Shown here: one piece after another, positions 1-8,917 of the stretch
How the letters are laid out: each line of letters opens with the position of its first letter
Position numbering within the stretch: position 1 is the first letter of the stretch
IMG/VR virus record: IMGVR_UViG_3300017540_000013
Span: 1 to 32,681 of that record
DNA: 32,681 nucleotides
Reading direction: 5' to 3' (one strand)
DNA from: a virus
Taxonomy: Duplodnaviria > Caudoviricetes
The notes under the pieces: model-generated
What the model was told of the DNA's origin: nothing
Database searches by the model: none
Seen by the model: the letters and a program-made list of their open reading frames with translations, nothing else
Made by a program: the position numbers and the translations under genes

Positions 1-27
1 CGAAGCTGTATGCCGCGCTTTTCACGC

Positions 28-54
28 AAAAGAAAAGCCCGCTTGCGCGGGCTT
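28..54 (-). terminator. Rho-independent terminator, probably of the host tRNA transcript
   Basis: Minus strand AAGCCCGC-GCAA-GCGGGCTT then TTCTTTT; a second hairpin lies at 71-98. Confidence 0.75.
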
Positions 55-106
55 CGCTTTCCGACTCCACGGCTGGGCCGGCATGCGCCGGTCCAGCCGC
101 TTCGAT

Positions 107-123
107 TGGTGCCCAAGAGGGGA
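107..123 (-). other. att core: duplicated 3' end of a tRNA gene (probably tRNA-Leu)
   Basis: Minus strand TCCCCTCTTGGGCACCA is a T-stem 3' strand, acceptor 3' strand and ACCA; similarity stops at the T-loop; it lies 156 bp upstream of the integrase. Confidence 0.75.
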
Positions 124-279
124 AGCTACCCTTCCACTCCTTTAATAGTGTGTGGCTGCCATTTCGTGCTAATGCCTTGTCTCAGTTGGCGCGACGGGAT
201 TTCAGCATTCTGCAAGGGTCTGTGGATAACCGACCTTTCCTGACCCCCATTACGCCAGAATCTACGCCAACCTACCCAC

Positions 280-1239
280 ATGCCGTCCTACCGTCGTCGC
301 GGTGCGACCTGGCGGGCCGAACTCTACAAGGACGGCACGCGCGAGTCCCGCACCTTCCCCACCAAACAGGCTGCCGTGGCCTGGGCCACCCAGCGCGAAG
401 CCGAGTTGGTGGGCGAACGCCTGCCAGATCATACCCTGAAGCGAGCACTGCGCCGGTTTGCCGAGGAAATCAGCCCGAAGCGGAAGGGTGCCCGATGGGA
501 GATTGCCCGCCTGGGCATGCTGGAACGAGACCCGCTGGCGGCAAGAAAGCTCATCACTATCAGTCGGACTGACGTGGCCGAACTGCGGGACAGGCGTCTT
601 AAGTCTGTCTCTGGGGCGTCCGTCCGGCGCGAGCTGAACCTACTGATTGCGGTCCTGGAGCAGTGCGCCGGGGACTGGGGCTGGCTGCGGGTCAATCCGG
701 CCCGGGGGGTGAAGAGGCCAGAAAGCCCGCCGCCCCGCCGTCGGCGAGTTTCGCAGGACGAGATTGACCGGGTTACCCTGGCCCTCGGCCTGACAGGCCT
801 TGAGACGGCCACGGCAGCCCAGCGCACCGGGCTGGCCTTCCTGTTCGCGATCGAGACCGCCATGCGGGCGGGCGAAATCCTAGGCTTGAAGTGGTCTGAC
901 ATTGGACTGAAGTCTGCCCGTTTGCCAGAAACGAAGAATGGGGACACGCGGGTGGTGCCGCTGTCGGCCCGGGCACGGGAGATTCTGGGAGCCCTGTCGC
1001 CAGAGACGGAAACCTGCTTCGACCTAGATGCAGGCACCCGGGACGTGTTGTGGCGCCGCGCGGTGAAGGCAGCCGACGTCCCGGACCTTCACTTTCACGA
1101 CAGCCGAGCAGAGGCCATCTGGCGGCTATCAAAGAAGTTGGACGTCATGGAGCTGGCCCGGATGATCGGCCACCGGGACATCCGCAGCCTCATGTTCTAC
1201 TACAACGCGGATCCGGACGAACTGGCGGACAGGCTTTAA
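280..1239 (+). CDS. int: Tyrosine recombinase / phage integrase
   Basis: Catalytic residues R (ETAMRAGE), K (ETKNG), HxxR (HDSR), H (IGH), Y (MFYY); basic N-terminal arm-binding region. Confidence 0.96.
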   Translation: MPSYRRRGATWRAELYKDGTRESRTFPTKQAAVAWATQREAELVGERLPDHTLKRALRRFAEEISPKRKGARWEIARLGMLERDPLAARKLITISRTDVAELRDRRLKSVSGASVRRELNLLIAVLEQCAGDWGWLRVNPARGVKRPESPPPRRRRVSQDEIDRVTLALGLTGLETATAAQRTGLAFLFAIETAMRAGEILGLKWSDIGLKSARLPETKNGDTRVVPLSARAREILGALSPETETCFDLDAGTRDVLWRRAVKAADVPDLHFHDSRAEAIWRLSKKLDVMELARMIGHRDIRSLMFYYNADPDELADRL

Positions 1240-1240
1240 C

Positions 1241-1567
1241 CTACCTCCGCCGCTTCCGCCGCCGCGGGTACTGGGGCTCGGCCGGCGTCTGGCCGGTCTG
1301 CCTCAGATGCGCGAACTCCAGACTGGGCCGGTCGCACCGCTCCCGAATCTCCACCTCCCACTTTCTGGCCCACGCCTCCATGTACCGCAGGCAGGCCTCC
1401 TCGTCAGGGCAGAACACGAAGCGAGGTGGCTTTCTGGGAGCCAGGCAGATGCGCCACGGCGCGCCAGGCTCATCCCGCGCAGGGCACGCCGTCGCCACCA
1501 CCTCATCGCCCACGCGCAGGCAGGGGCCGTCTACGTAGGGTTCGAATCGGAAGCCGTCGGGGAGCAT
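1241..1567 (-). CDS. Hypothetical phage protein with basic C-terminal tail
   Basis: 108-aa ORF filling the gap between the last tail gene and int, convergent with int. Confidence 0.65.
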   Translation of the reverse strand: MLPDGFRFEPYVDGPCLRVGDEVVATACPARDEPGAPWRICLAPRKPPRFVFCPDEEACLRYMEAWARKWEVEIRERCDRPSLEFAHLRQTGQTPAEPQYPRRRKRRR

Positions 1568-1620
1568 GCGGGAAGGCTACGTCCGCGCCTTCCGGCCGGC
1601 TAGGTGAAAGGCTGAACCGC

Positions 1621-2280
1621 CTAACTCGTCGGCAGCGGGAACGAAGGCGGCATGAAGTTGCTGGCCCCATAGCCTCCACTGCTGCCCTTCGTGACGCGAA
1701 CACCCCGAATCTTGCCGGCGAAGGCGCTGGACGACAGGTCAGATTCGGCGCCGATGACAGTCGCGATATTCCTGGCTGCCAAGGAGTTGACTCCAATGGA
1801 ATACGGAGTCCCCACAACCCCGTTCACCGCGCAGTAGATGCTACCCCCGTTGCGATAGCCGGCAAGATGCACGGAGCTCCCCGTAGGAATGGTCCCTGCC
1901 GACACGTTGCGGAAGTTGGAGTCATAGAAGTGGAACGTCAGGGCGCCCGACGCATTCACGACCAACAGCCATGAGGGTGCGGCCGCTGTCCATTTGGCAA
2001 CGACGGCGTCCGCCGCAGGGGGCGCCGAAGCAATCTCCACGAAAGCTTCCACGCAGAAGTCACCGCTACCGAAGTCGAACGCCGTGCTATTCGGTGTCTG
2101 GAGGTAATCCCCCGTCCCGTCGAGATTGAGCCAGCCGCCGCTTACCGCCGCATTGCCTCCAGCTGTCCAGGTACGTTTCGGGTCGCTTAGGTTGACATCA
2201 AGGTTGGCAATGGTGACGCGGAAAGCGGCGTACGGGTCAGTAGAGCTGGCGGATGCAATCAGCGCCTGCTGAACACTCAC
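1621..2280 (-). CDS. Tail-associated LamG/concanavalin-A-like domain protein
   Basis: LDGTGDYL..FDFGSGDFCVEAFV..FAGKIRGVRVTKG pattern typical of phage LamG-like domains; start overlaps upstream stop. Confidence 0.8.
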   Translation of the reverse strand: MSVQQALIASASSTDPYAAFRVTIANLDVNLSDPKRTWTAGGNAAVSGGWLNLDGTGDYLQTPNSTAFDFGSGDFCVEAFVEIASAPPAADAVVAKWTAAAPSWLLVVNASGALTFHFYDSNFRNVSAGTIPTGSSVHLAGYRNGGSIYCAVNGVVGTPYSIGVNSLAARNIATVIGAESDLSSSAFAGKIRGVRVTKGSSGGYGASNFMPPSFPLPTS

Positions 2281-2849
2281 GAGAGGTTTACCCCAGAGAT
2301 GACCCAGCGGGTGGATGCGACTTTGACAGCGGTGGCGATGCCGCTTGGCGCAAGGGTGCGGCTTCCCGTTGCGCCAGAACCCATCAAAACCAGCGTGTCC
2401 GTGGTGATGGCGATGGTGATTGCACCTGCGCTTGTATCGTTCACGAAGGTCACCGCCGTGCCGATGGGGAATGCAACCGTCGCGTTCGCGGGAATGGTCC
2501 AGGTGCGCGCCGTGGTGTCGGCGGACGGGTGATAGATGTGCTTGCCCGCGTCGGACAGGACCAGCGAATAGGCGGCTGACTGGCTGTTCTGGGGAATAGA
2601 GCGAACCTCCGCAATCGTCGCGCCGCCATCTTCAATCAGCTTGCCGGTGGTTCCGTCAAACGTGGCGATGTTTCCATCGACTGCGCTGGCAGGCCCAACT
2701 ACATCTCCGGTAGATGCGGGTACCAGGTCGGCGATGTCCTGGGTTGTACATTTGCGAGGCTCGCCGGTCGCCAGTTCCAGCTCCAGCAATTCCGTTCCGG
2801 CGAGTGGAGTCGTGGCCGCAGTTAGGTCGCTAATTCGCTTCAATGCCAT
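2277..2849 (-). CDS. Putative tail fibre/appendage protein
   Basis: KRISDLTAATT N-terminus, GDVVGPASAVDGNIATFDGTTGKLI segment, beta-rich C-terminus (YSLVLSDAGK..WVISG); TGATG coupling. Confidence 0.7.
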   Translation of the reverse strand: MALKRISDLTAATTPLAGTELLELELATGEPRKCTTQDIADLVPASTGDVVGPASAVDGNIATFDGTTGKLIEDGGATIAEVRSIPQNSQSAAYSLVLSDAGKHIYHPSADTTARTWTIPANATVAFPIGTAVTFVNDTSAGAITIAITTDTLVLMGSGATGSRTLAPSGIATAVKVASTRWVISGVNLS

Positions 2850-3271
2850 CAATAGGTCACTCTCAAGTTGCCGTCGCCGTCGATTCGGGCGTCACCATTG
2901 CCATCAATACGCTGGAATAGCTGCGGGGGTGGGTTGGGAATAGGGAAGAATCCCTTCACGCCCGCCTCGTCCGTGCCGTAGTAGTGGGCCGGGTCGGGAA
3001 GCGCAACATCACCGTCCAGCAGGATTTGAATTATCCCGCCAGCAATAGAGCCCTCGGTGACGACCGAGGCAAGCCCCTGAATAGTGGCGCTTCCGGCCGC
3101 CTCCAGCGCGTCCAGGCGCTCAAGAATCCCGCTGATGTCCACACTGTTCCCGTTGGCCTGCTGCACGAAGCGCAACAGGTCGCGGAAGAACTTGAAAAAC
3201 TCAACCGGTAGCGGCCTCCCCTGTGCATCACGCCACGCGTGATTGCCGGGCAAGCTGGGTGAATCAGGCAT
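2849..3271 (-). CDS. Putative tail accessory protein (140 aa; start re-called to ATG 3271)
   Basis: MPDSPSLP start overlapping upstream stop; short coiled coil; YYGTDEAGVKGF; C-terminal RIDGNGDARIDGDGNLR repeat. Confidence 0.7.
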   Translation of the reverse strand: MPDSPSLPGNHAWRDAQGRPLPVEFFKFFRDLLRFVQQANGNSVDISGILERLDALEAAGSATIQGLASVVTEGSIAGGIIQILLDGDVALPDPAHYYGTDEAGVKGFFPIPNPPPQLFQRIDGNGDARIDGDGNLRVTY

Positions 3272-4067
3272 CGATGACGCCCTCAGCCTTCCAGCGGAAC
3301 GTGGGCGGGGTTGTGATGTTGCCGCCTGCCGAATTGCCCTCGGCCACGTCGAACACCGCCGTGAATCCTGCCGAGGTCGGGTCTCCGTTGGTGCGGGGAA
3401 CGAAGGGGCCGCTCCCCTGCGCATTGGTCGGGGTGATGGTTACGAACGGAGTCGTCCCGGCCTTGAACGACGTGGCGAAGTTGACGGCCACGCTCGTGGA
3501 CGTGGTGCCCGATATCGGCGCCGTGCCGCTGCCGTACAGCTCCATCTTCTTGAGCGAGCCGCCCCCGCCAATGACCACCTTGTCGGCGGCCACGGTGATG
3601 TCCGGCTCGGGGGCGTCCGGGATGGGCTGGGTGATGTAGCCGTCTCCAGTCGAGTTGACCACGACCATTTCCCCGGCCGAGCCGGTGGGGTCAGGCATCT
3701 CCCGCACGGTGTCGTAGACGAGAATCGACCCATTGGACTTCAGCACCTTCCCGTCCTGCCCGGAAGGGTCCGGTATGGCTGCGCCCGGTGCCACTTCGGG
3801 CACTATGTCGCGGGTCCAAACGGTGTTCGCGTCCTGGTCCTTCAGGACCGCCGTGTACTCCCCGTCCAGCCAAACTTCAACCTCCAGCCGTCCATCCACC
3901 CCAATCGGAACGGGGTTGGGATTGGGTGTGGTAAGGTCGCGGTCAGCGTACGTGGGTTTCGGCGTCGTGGTCTGGTAGTCGTAAAACTGAACAGACCCGC
4001 CCGCTGCGGTCTCGGTGCCCAATAGATTGATGAGCGGACCATCCGGGTCCACAAAACGGTAACTCAT
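3264..4067 (-). CDS. Tailspike/fibre with P22 head-binding-like N-terminal domain
   Basis: GGSVQFY..TTTPKPTYAD..PNPNPVPIGVDGR..YTAVLKD resembles tailspike particle-binding domains; follows the ejection genes. Confidence 0.75.
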   Translation of the reverse strand: MSYRFVDPDGPLINLLGTETAAGGSVQFYDYQTTTPKPTYADRDLTTPNPNPVPIGVDGRLEVEVWLDGEYTAVLKDQDANTVWTRDIVPEVAPGAAIPDPSGQDGKVLKSNGSILVYDTVREMPDPTGSAGEMVVVNSTGDGYITQPIPDAPEPDITVAADKVVIGGGGSLKKMELYGSGTAPISGTTSTSVAVNFATSFKAGTTPFVTITPTNAQGSGPFVPRTNGDPTSAGFTAVFDVAEGNSAGGNITTPPTFRWKAEGVIDA

Positions 4068-4115
4068 CGACAGTCCTTGTCAGTGATGCCTCATCCGTGA
4101 GGCGATGGAACGACT

Positions 4116-4328
4116 ATGAAGTCCTACGTGATTGCAGCCTTCATCCTTCCCTTTGTCTTATCGGCGAAGGAAGCGATTGAGCGCTGGTGGGATAAGCGGC
4201 AGGCCGGGAAGGCTAAAGACCCGCTATTTACTGTCGCGACGCTTGCGCCGCCCCCGCTGCTCAGTCATGACCGGAGTGACGGAAACGCCAGCAGCGGGAG
4301 CAGTCCGAGCAAGCGCACGGGCACCTGA
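4116..4328 (+). CDS. Small antisense moron-like ORF with hydrophobic N-terminus
   Basis: ATG start in the intergenic gap, opposite to the late operon; 3' half overlaps the ejection gene. Confidence 0.4.
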   Translation: MKSYVIAAFILPFVLSAKEAIERWWDKRQAGKAKDPLFTVATLAPPPLLSHDRSDGNASSGSSPSKRTGT

Positions 4329-5966
4329 CGCGACGGGTTGCCGACCAAGCAAGCGCGCTGCCAATGGGCTATTGAGCGCGCGACCAGCGGCAGCCCCGCC
4401 AAGCAGCAAGCCGGCTAGCCCAGGAAGAGCTGCGGGACCGCCAGTGATTCCGCCTCCAGTCATCAGGGTGGCAGCAATAGCCCGCCCCGGAGTTCCGCTA
4501 TCTGGGATGCTGTCCTTCAGGATAGTCTGACCCAGCCTTCCAAGCTCTCGCATCTCTGGTGTGCTGCCCTTGCGAATTGCGGGCCAGACGGCAGACGGTT
4601 TTACGTCACCACCCGCTCCGGCCACTTGCTTCAGAAGGTTCTCAGTCACGCGAAGATTCGCCCACTGCCCCCGAATGGTCCGAAGAAGTGCTGAATCCTC
4701 TGGTCCTACAGCAGTTGCTGCAATGTCGTCCAAGGTCTTGCGTAGCTCACTGACAGCCGCACCAACCTTATCGGGCCCCTCCGCCTTCATGATCTGAGTG
4801 CGCAATGCTTGGTACTTTTGCCCAGTCAACGCGCCGAAATCATTCAACTCGTTGAGGATGCTGTCCATCTGGTTTCGAACAATCTCACGCTCATCACTGG
4901 TCAAGCGTTTTCCGACGTCGGTCTCAACGCCAACCAGCCGACGAAGTCCTGCCTCACCCACGGCTACGTCGTTCCGGTTGTAAATATCCTCGAACTGATT
5001 GCTCAGTCGCTTCCGCGCACCCTTCATTACGTCGTCAGTCAACTGGTCAGCTTCGGCCCCAAAGGTACGGCCTACGGCGCGATTGAATGCCGCTTGTTGA
5101 TTCTGAGCGGCTCGTCCAGCTCCTGAGAAGGGAAGGTAGCGGGCCATCGACCCCGCTGCGCGGACAGGAAGAGACTGGCTCAACTGGGTGATGTGGAGGG
5201 GAATCCCCTGTTGGCGCGCGAACTCAATTGAGCGTTGACGGATAGGGTCTACGCGTGACGCGATACCGCGCGCAAGCGCTCCAGCACCTTCTCCAACAGC
5301 CTGACCAAGGGCGCCAGCGAGGCCGCCAATGGCGGCATTCGCACCCCGACTTTCACCGTCGGCGATGGGCTGAATGCCTCCGTAGGAAGCCCCTAGCGCT
5401 GAATTGGCTGCGATACGCCCAGGCAGACTTGTCACGCGCGACACCGCGCCGCCCGGGACCAGCATCAGGCCAACATCCCCCGCCACCTCACCCACTTTGT
5501 AGGCGGTGTCGTCGGCCATGTGCGCGCTGCGCTCGCGCTCGCGCTGCACACCAGCCTCATCGGTCAGCCCTGCAAGCTGCCCAATCCCAGTTGCCAGGGC
5601 GTTGATGCGCGACCCAGCACCGGCAGCAACGCGTGCGATGGCCGGAGCATCCTGAAACGCCGCTCGCCGGCCTGCCATGACGTTCTGGTTGACCTGCTGG
5701 GCAATCTCCGCTTCAGTACCCGGCCCGCGAAGCTGTTGCATATTCCTGCGGAATTCTTCCGCAGAAACGCCAGGAACCCCAAGCGGGCCATAGTCTGGCT
5801 CACCTTCCGTGCTGGATACCCTAGCCGTCACCCCAGAGAAGTCTGCCTTGGCGGGCTGTGCAGTGCGAAGGCGGCGGATTTCGGCAGCAAACCGGCGCGC
5901 GTGTTCGGTCTGCCCTGCGGCGTGAGCCTTCCTTAGCCCTGCTTCCAGTTCTTCAATGGTCGCCAT
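4224..5966 (-). CDS. DNA ejection/injection protein (P22 gp16 position)
   Basis: 580 aa, Ala/Gly-rich helical with hydrophobic GA-rich segments; third gene of the ejection trio. Confidence 0.7.
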   Translation of the reverse strand: MATIEELEAGLRKAHAAGQTEHARRFAAEIRRLRTAQPAKADFSGVTARVSSTEGEPDYGPLGVPGVSAEEFRRNMQQLRGPGTEAEIAQQVNQNVMAGRRAAFQDAPAIARVAAGAGSRINALATGIGQLAGLTDEAGVQRERERSAHMADDTAYKVGEVAGDVGLMLVPGGAVSRVTSLPGRIAANSALGASYGGIQPIADGESRGANAAIGGLAGALGQAVGEGAGALARGIASRVDPIRQRSIEFARQQGIPLHITQLSQSLPVRAAGSMARYLPFSGAGRAAQNQQAAFNRAVGRTFGAEADQLTDDVMKGARKRLSNQFEDIYNRNDVAVGEAGLRRLVGVETDVGKRLTSDEREIVRNQMDSILNELNDFGALTGQKYQALRTQIMKAEGPDKVGAAVSELRKTLDDIAATAVGPEDSALLRTIRGQWANLRVTENLLKQVAGAGGDVKPSAVWPAIRKGSTPEMRELGRLGQTILKDSIPDSGTPGRAIAATLMTGGGITGGPAALPGLAGLLLGGAAAGRALNSPLAARLLGRQPVASGARALARTAPAAGVSVTPVMTEQRGRRKRRDSK

Positions 5967-7246
5967 CAGCGGTAAATATCCAAAAGGTCGTCAATGCTGG
6001 TTTCGTTGTCAGCCTGCGTGGGTTCCTCCTGGCCGCCGCTGAGCAAGTCCGTGTAACCCGCCTCAACCGTGTTCAACAGATTCTCCAAGTCATTGAACTG
6101 CTGAATCGTCACGTTCTCGTACGTGCCGCGAGATGGCAACGAAGCCTCCTGCAGTCGGCTTTCGTAGTCAGACATCGCGCCGACACCGGGGACGCGCGTG
6201 ACGGCCGTGATGAGCGGAGCCAGATTGCGGACCGCGCGGTCGAACGCCTGGCCCTCTGGCGTTGGAAGGTATTCGCCACCCAAGCCGGCACTGAAGCTAT
6301 TTCGGATCTTCTCGAAAGCCTGTCGTGCAGACCGGAGCTGGTTTCGGGCGGCCTGAATCTGGGTTACCTTCTGGCGAGCCGTCGTTGCATCCTTGGCGCT
6401 GATGCGCTGAGCATCACGGGCAGAGTTGCCGCCGATTACCATGCGGCGCTGCTCTTCTGGAGTTGCGCCCATCTGCTGAGCAAGCTGGATACGGCGCTCC
6501 AATTCTGAAGGCGCCTGCGGCTTCTGGGCGCTTCGCAACTGCTGCGGCGCCTGCCGAGAGGGTAGCGTTGCCGTCGAGCCGTCAGGCACGCCCGCCCAGG
6601 CCACTGGGTTAGCCAGAATTGCCTGTTGCACCGAAGGGTCGATGCCAGGGTCAATCTGGATCGGAATCCCATCAGGTCCAACGAACTGGCCGCCGACCGG
6701 GATTGGTGCTGGCTGCGGGGCTGGCTGACTGCCAACCACGACAGGAGCGGCGGTCAGATTGGTCTTGTTGACTCCAAAGAAGCCGTTTCCGGTGTCGATG
6801 ATTTGGTTGTTCGGGTCGAATGCGGCCCCCGTGTCACGGACATTGCCGGCGCGGTCTAGTACCCACATCGTTCCGTTTTGGCCTCGGAAGGCAGAATGCA
6901 CCTGCGCCTGCTCAGTGCCGGGGCCATACGCCGCCAAAATCTGACCGGCCACGTTGTCCACGGTCGCTTCATCGTATGGGCCAAGGTCACCGAACCCCAT
7001 CTGGCTCACAGCAGGCTGGATGAAGCGGTCGTAGTAGCCCTTGCGTTGGGTTGAGTCGGTTAGGGATTTCCAGCCGCGCGCCAGTTGGGCGAGTTGTCCG
7101 CGCTGGTCGGTCTGCTGTAGGCGCTCCTCGCGAGCCAGCGATAGGTCTGCAAGTCGATTCTGTCGCTCCATCGACTGCTGCTGGAGCCTGCGCTGGTTGG
7201 CGTCGTCCATGCCCTGGAACATGGCCTGTGCGAAGTTGGTAGGCAT
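5966..7246 (-). CDS. DNA ejection protein (gp20 position; start re-called to ATG 7246)
   Basis: RBS AAGGAG before MPTNFAQ; Q/A-rich; GVGAMSDYE motif; ends IDDLLDIYR. Confidence 0.7.
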   Translation of the reverse strand: MPTNFAQAMFQGMDDANQRRLQQQSMERQNRLADLSLAREERLQQTDQRGQLAQLARGWKSLTDSTQRKGYYDRFIQPAVSQMGFGDLGPYDEATVDNVAGQILAAYGPGTEQAQVHSAFRGQNGTMWVLDRAGNVRDTGAAFDPNNQIIDTGNGFFGVNKTNLTAAPVVVGSQPAPQPAPIPVGGQFVGPDGIPIQIDPGIDPSVQQAILANPVAWAGVPDGSTATLPSRQAPQQLRSAQKPQAPSELERRIQLAQQMGATPEEQRRMVIGGNSARDAQRISAKDATTARQKVTQIQAARNQLRSARQAFEKIRNSFSAGLGGEYLPTPEGQAFDRAVRNLAPLITAVTRVPGVGAMSDYESRLQEASLPSRGTYENVTIQQFNDLENLLNTVEAGYTDLLSGGQEEPTQADNETSIDDLLDIYR

Positions 7247-7254
7247 GGGACTCC

Positions 7255-8145
7255 TTAGCGGTAAATCGGAATCTGTTCGCGGACGACTGGGCCAATGCTC
7301 GGCGTCTGCTGGAAGCCTCGGCCCAGCGAATAGCCAACGCCTGACAGGGCATTGCTCCACGCGTCGCCCTGGTTGAGATAGCCCGACGCCCTCGCCTGCC
7401 CGGCGTTCTGCATGGCGCTGCTGATGCCGCCCGCTGCGTTCTGGCCCAGCTGATTCAACTGGCTATTCGCCTGACCGCCGAATCCGGCCAACCGGAACAG
7501 GTTGTTCTGGAAATTGCTGAAGGCGCCGGAACCGATGTTGCTGGCAAGCCGCATTCGGTCGGCATCGGCACCACCGGAGTACAGGCGGCCACGGGCGGCG
7601 GCGCCTCTGTCCAGACCCTGAATGCCTTCCTGCATCGCTACCAGATAGTCAGGCGTCTTGTAGAACTGGCTGAAGTCGGCGGCGCCCGTTCCTGGTGTAG
7701 CCGTTCCGGTAGCGCCGCCCGCGACCCCGCCAAAGTTGAACTGCATGGGCGTGGTGGACTGGCCCGGCTTTCCGAACAGGCCCAGCGGGTCGTAGCTGGT
7801 GCCTCCGAACTGGCCAGCCAGGTTCGCCGGGTCGGTCAGCTTATCGAACAGGCTGCGCTTCTTCTTGGGTGCAGACTCGCCTCCCGAGACGGTGATGCCG
7901 CCACCGCCCGTGAAAGCTTGGGTGGGCAGGCCGTACATCTGCGCCAGCATGTTGAGCGCGCCGACGCCAGTGACCTGATACGGCATGGTGTCCGCACGGT
8001 TCTGGTTGTACATCGCCAGCTGTGCGTTGATGGCATCGCGCGATGCCTGGGTTTGCGCGTTGGCAGCATTCCCTGCTGCGTTCGCACCCATCGCACCACC
8101 CGCGAGGGAGCCTACTGCTCCAATGATTGGTCCGGCTGCGGGCAT
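7255..8145 (-). CDS. DNA transfer/pilot protein (gp7-like)
   Basis: Gly/Ala hydrophobic N-terminus, PYQVTG, TPDY..AAARGRLYSG motifs typical of gp7-like proteins. Confidence 0.8.
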   Translation of the reverse strand: MPAAGPIIGAVGSLAGGAMGANAAGNAANAQTQASRDAINAQLAMYNQNRADTMPYQVTGVGALNMLAQMYGLPTQAFTGGGGITVSGGESAPKKKRSLFDKLTDPANLAGQFGGTSYDPLGLFGKPGQSTTPMQFNFGGVAGGATGTATPGTGAADFSQFYKTPDYLVAMQEGIQGLDRGAAARGRLYSGGADADRMRLASNIGSGAFSNFQNNLFRLAGFGGQANSQLNQLGQNAAGGISSAMQNAGQARASGYLNQGDAWSNALSGVGYSLGRGFQQTPSIGPVVREQIPIYR

Positions 8146-8699
8146 CCTTGCCCCTCCAGTAGTTGATATTCGTGATTCATGACGGCCCAGCGGTAGATGA
8201 ACCGCGCTCCCTTTTCAGGCTGGCCCAGTGCGCCGCACTGCGTCTTGACCCACTGAGGATCCTGCGTCCTGGCCCAGTCGTCCATGACCAGTGAGTAGTG
8301 GCGAACGTCATGCAGGATGCCGCCACGCGGGAACTTGGCAGGCTGGACGTAATCGGCCCGGAATCCCATCTTTTCCGTCAGCTTCCAGGCTGGTACGTTG
8401 TCCTCGGGAACCTTGGTTACGATGCGCGTGCAATCGGTGCCGCAGAACATGAAATGCGCCGCAGCCCGGCAGCAATCAAAGGCGTTCTTCGTCCCCGGAA
8501 GAAACAGCGTGTGGACCTCATACACGCCATCCCCGAGCCGGTGAAAGAAGAAGCCTCCGGTCTCGAACTCAAGCCCAACCCCCTCGTTGAAGACACGGGA
8601 CAGCGGAAGGTCGGTAACGCCATCAGGCGATACCCACGGCTTGACCTTGGGGTGGTCGATAACCGACTGAAGGAAGTCCGGCGAAGCAGCCACCCTCAC
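8112..8699 (-). CDS. GNAT-like virion assembly protein (P22 gp14/DUF2824-like)
   Basis: YEVHTLFLP, IVTKVPEDN..KMGF GNAT-fold pattern; position between gp10 and gp7. Confidence 0.75.
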   Translation of the reverse strand: MRVAASPDFLQSVIDHPKVKPWVSPDGVTDLPLSRVFNEGVGLEFETGGFFFHRLGDGVYEVHTLFLPGTKNAFDCCRAAAHFMFCGTDCTRIVTKVPEDNVPAWKLTEKMGFRADYVQPAKFPRGGILHDVRHYSLVMDDWARTQDPQWVKTQCGALGQPEKGARFIYRWAVMNHEYQLLEGQGCPQPDQSLEQ

Positions 8700-8917
8700 G
8701 CGGACACCTCGTAATCGGCCACCGCCTCCATGATGTCAACCACCAATGGAGAGGTGCATTCCGTTTCCAGTGTGAAGCTACGGGCGCGTCCGCAACGACG
8801 CAGAGGCTGGGTGCGCTGTCCGTACTCGCCAAGCTGAGGCAGCGCCAGTTCGCGCCAGTTGCTGTAGTTGTAGCCTCCGTCCTTGGAGTAGCGGACCCTA
8901 ATGATACGATCACTCAT
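8696..8917 (-). CDS. Separately encoded C-terminal segment of gp10-like tail hub (73 aa)
   Basis: RBS CAGGAGG and ATG 8917; VRYSKDGGYNYS..GEYGQR..RRCGRARSF resembles the C-terminus of packaged-DNA stabilisation proteins. Confidence 0.75.
   Translation of the reverse strand: MSDRIIRVRYSKDGGYNYSNWRELALPQLGEYGQRTQPLRRCGRARSFTLETECTSPLVVDIMEAVADYEVSA

Noticed and set aside
107-123. Complete tRNA gene at the left end
   Set aside because: Only the last 17 nt are present; no D or anticodon arm, so treated as an att core
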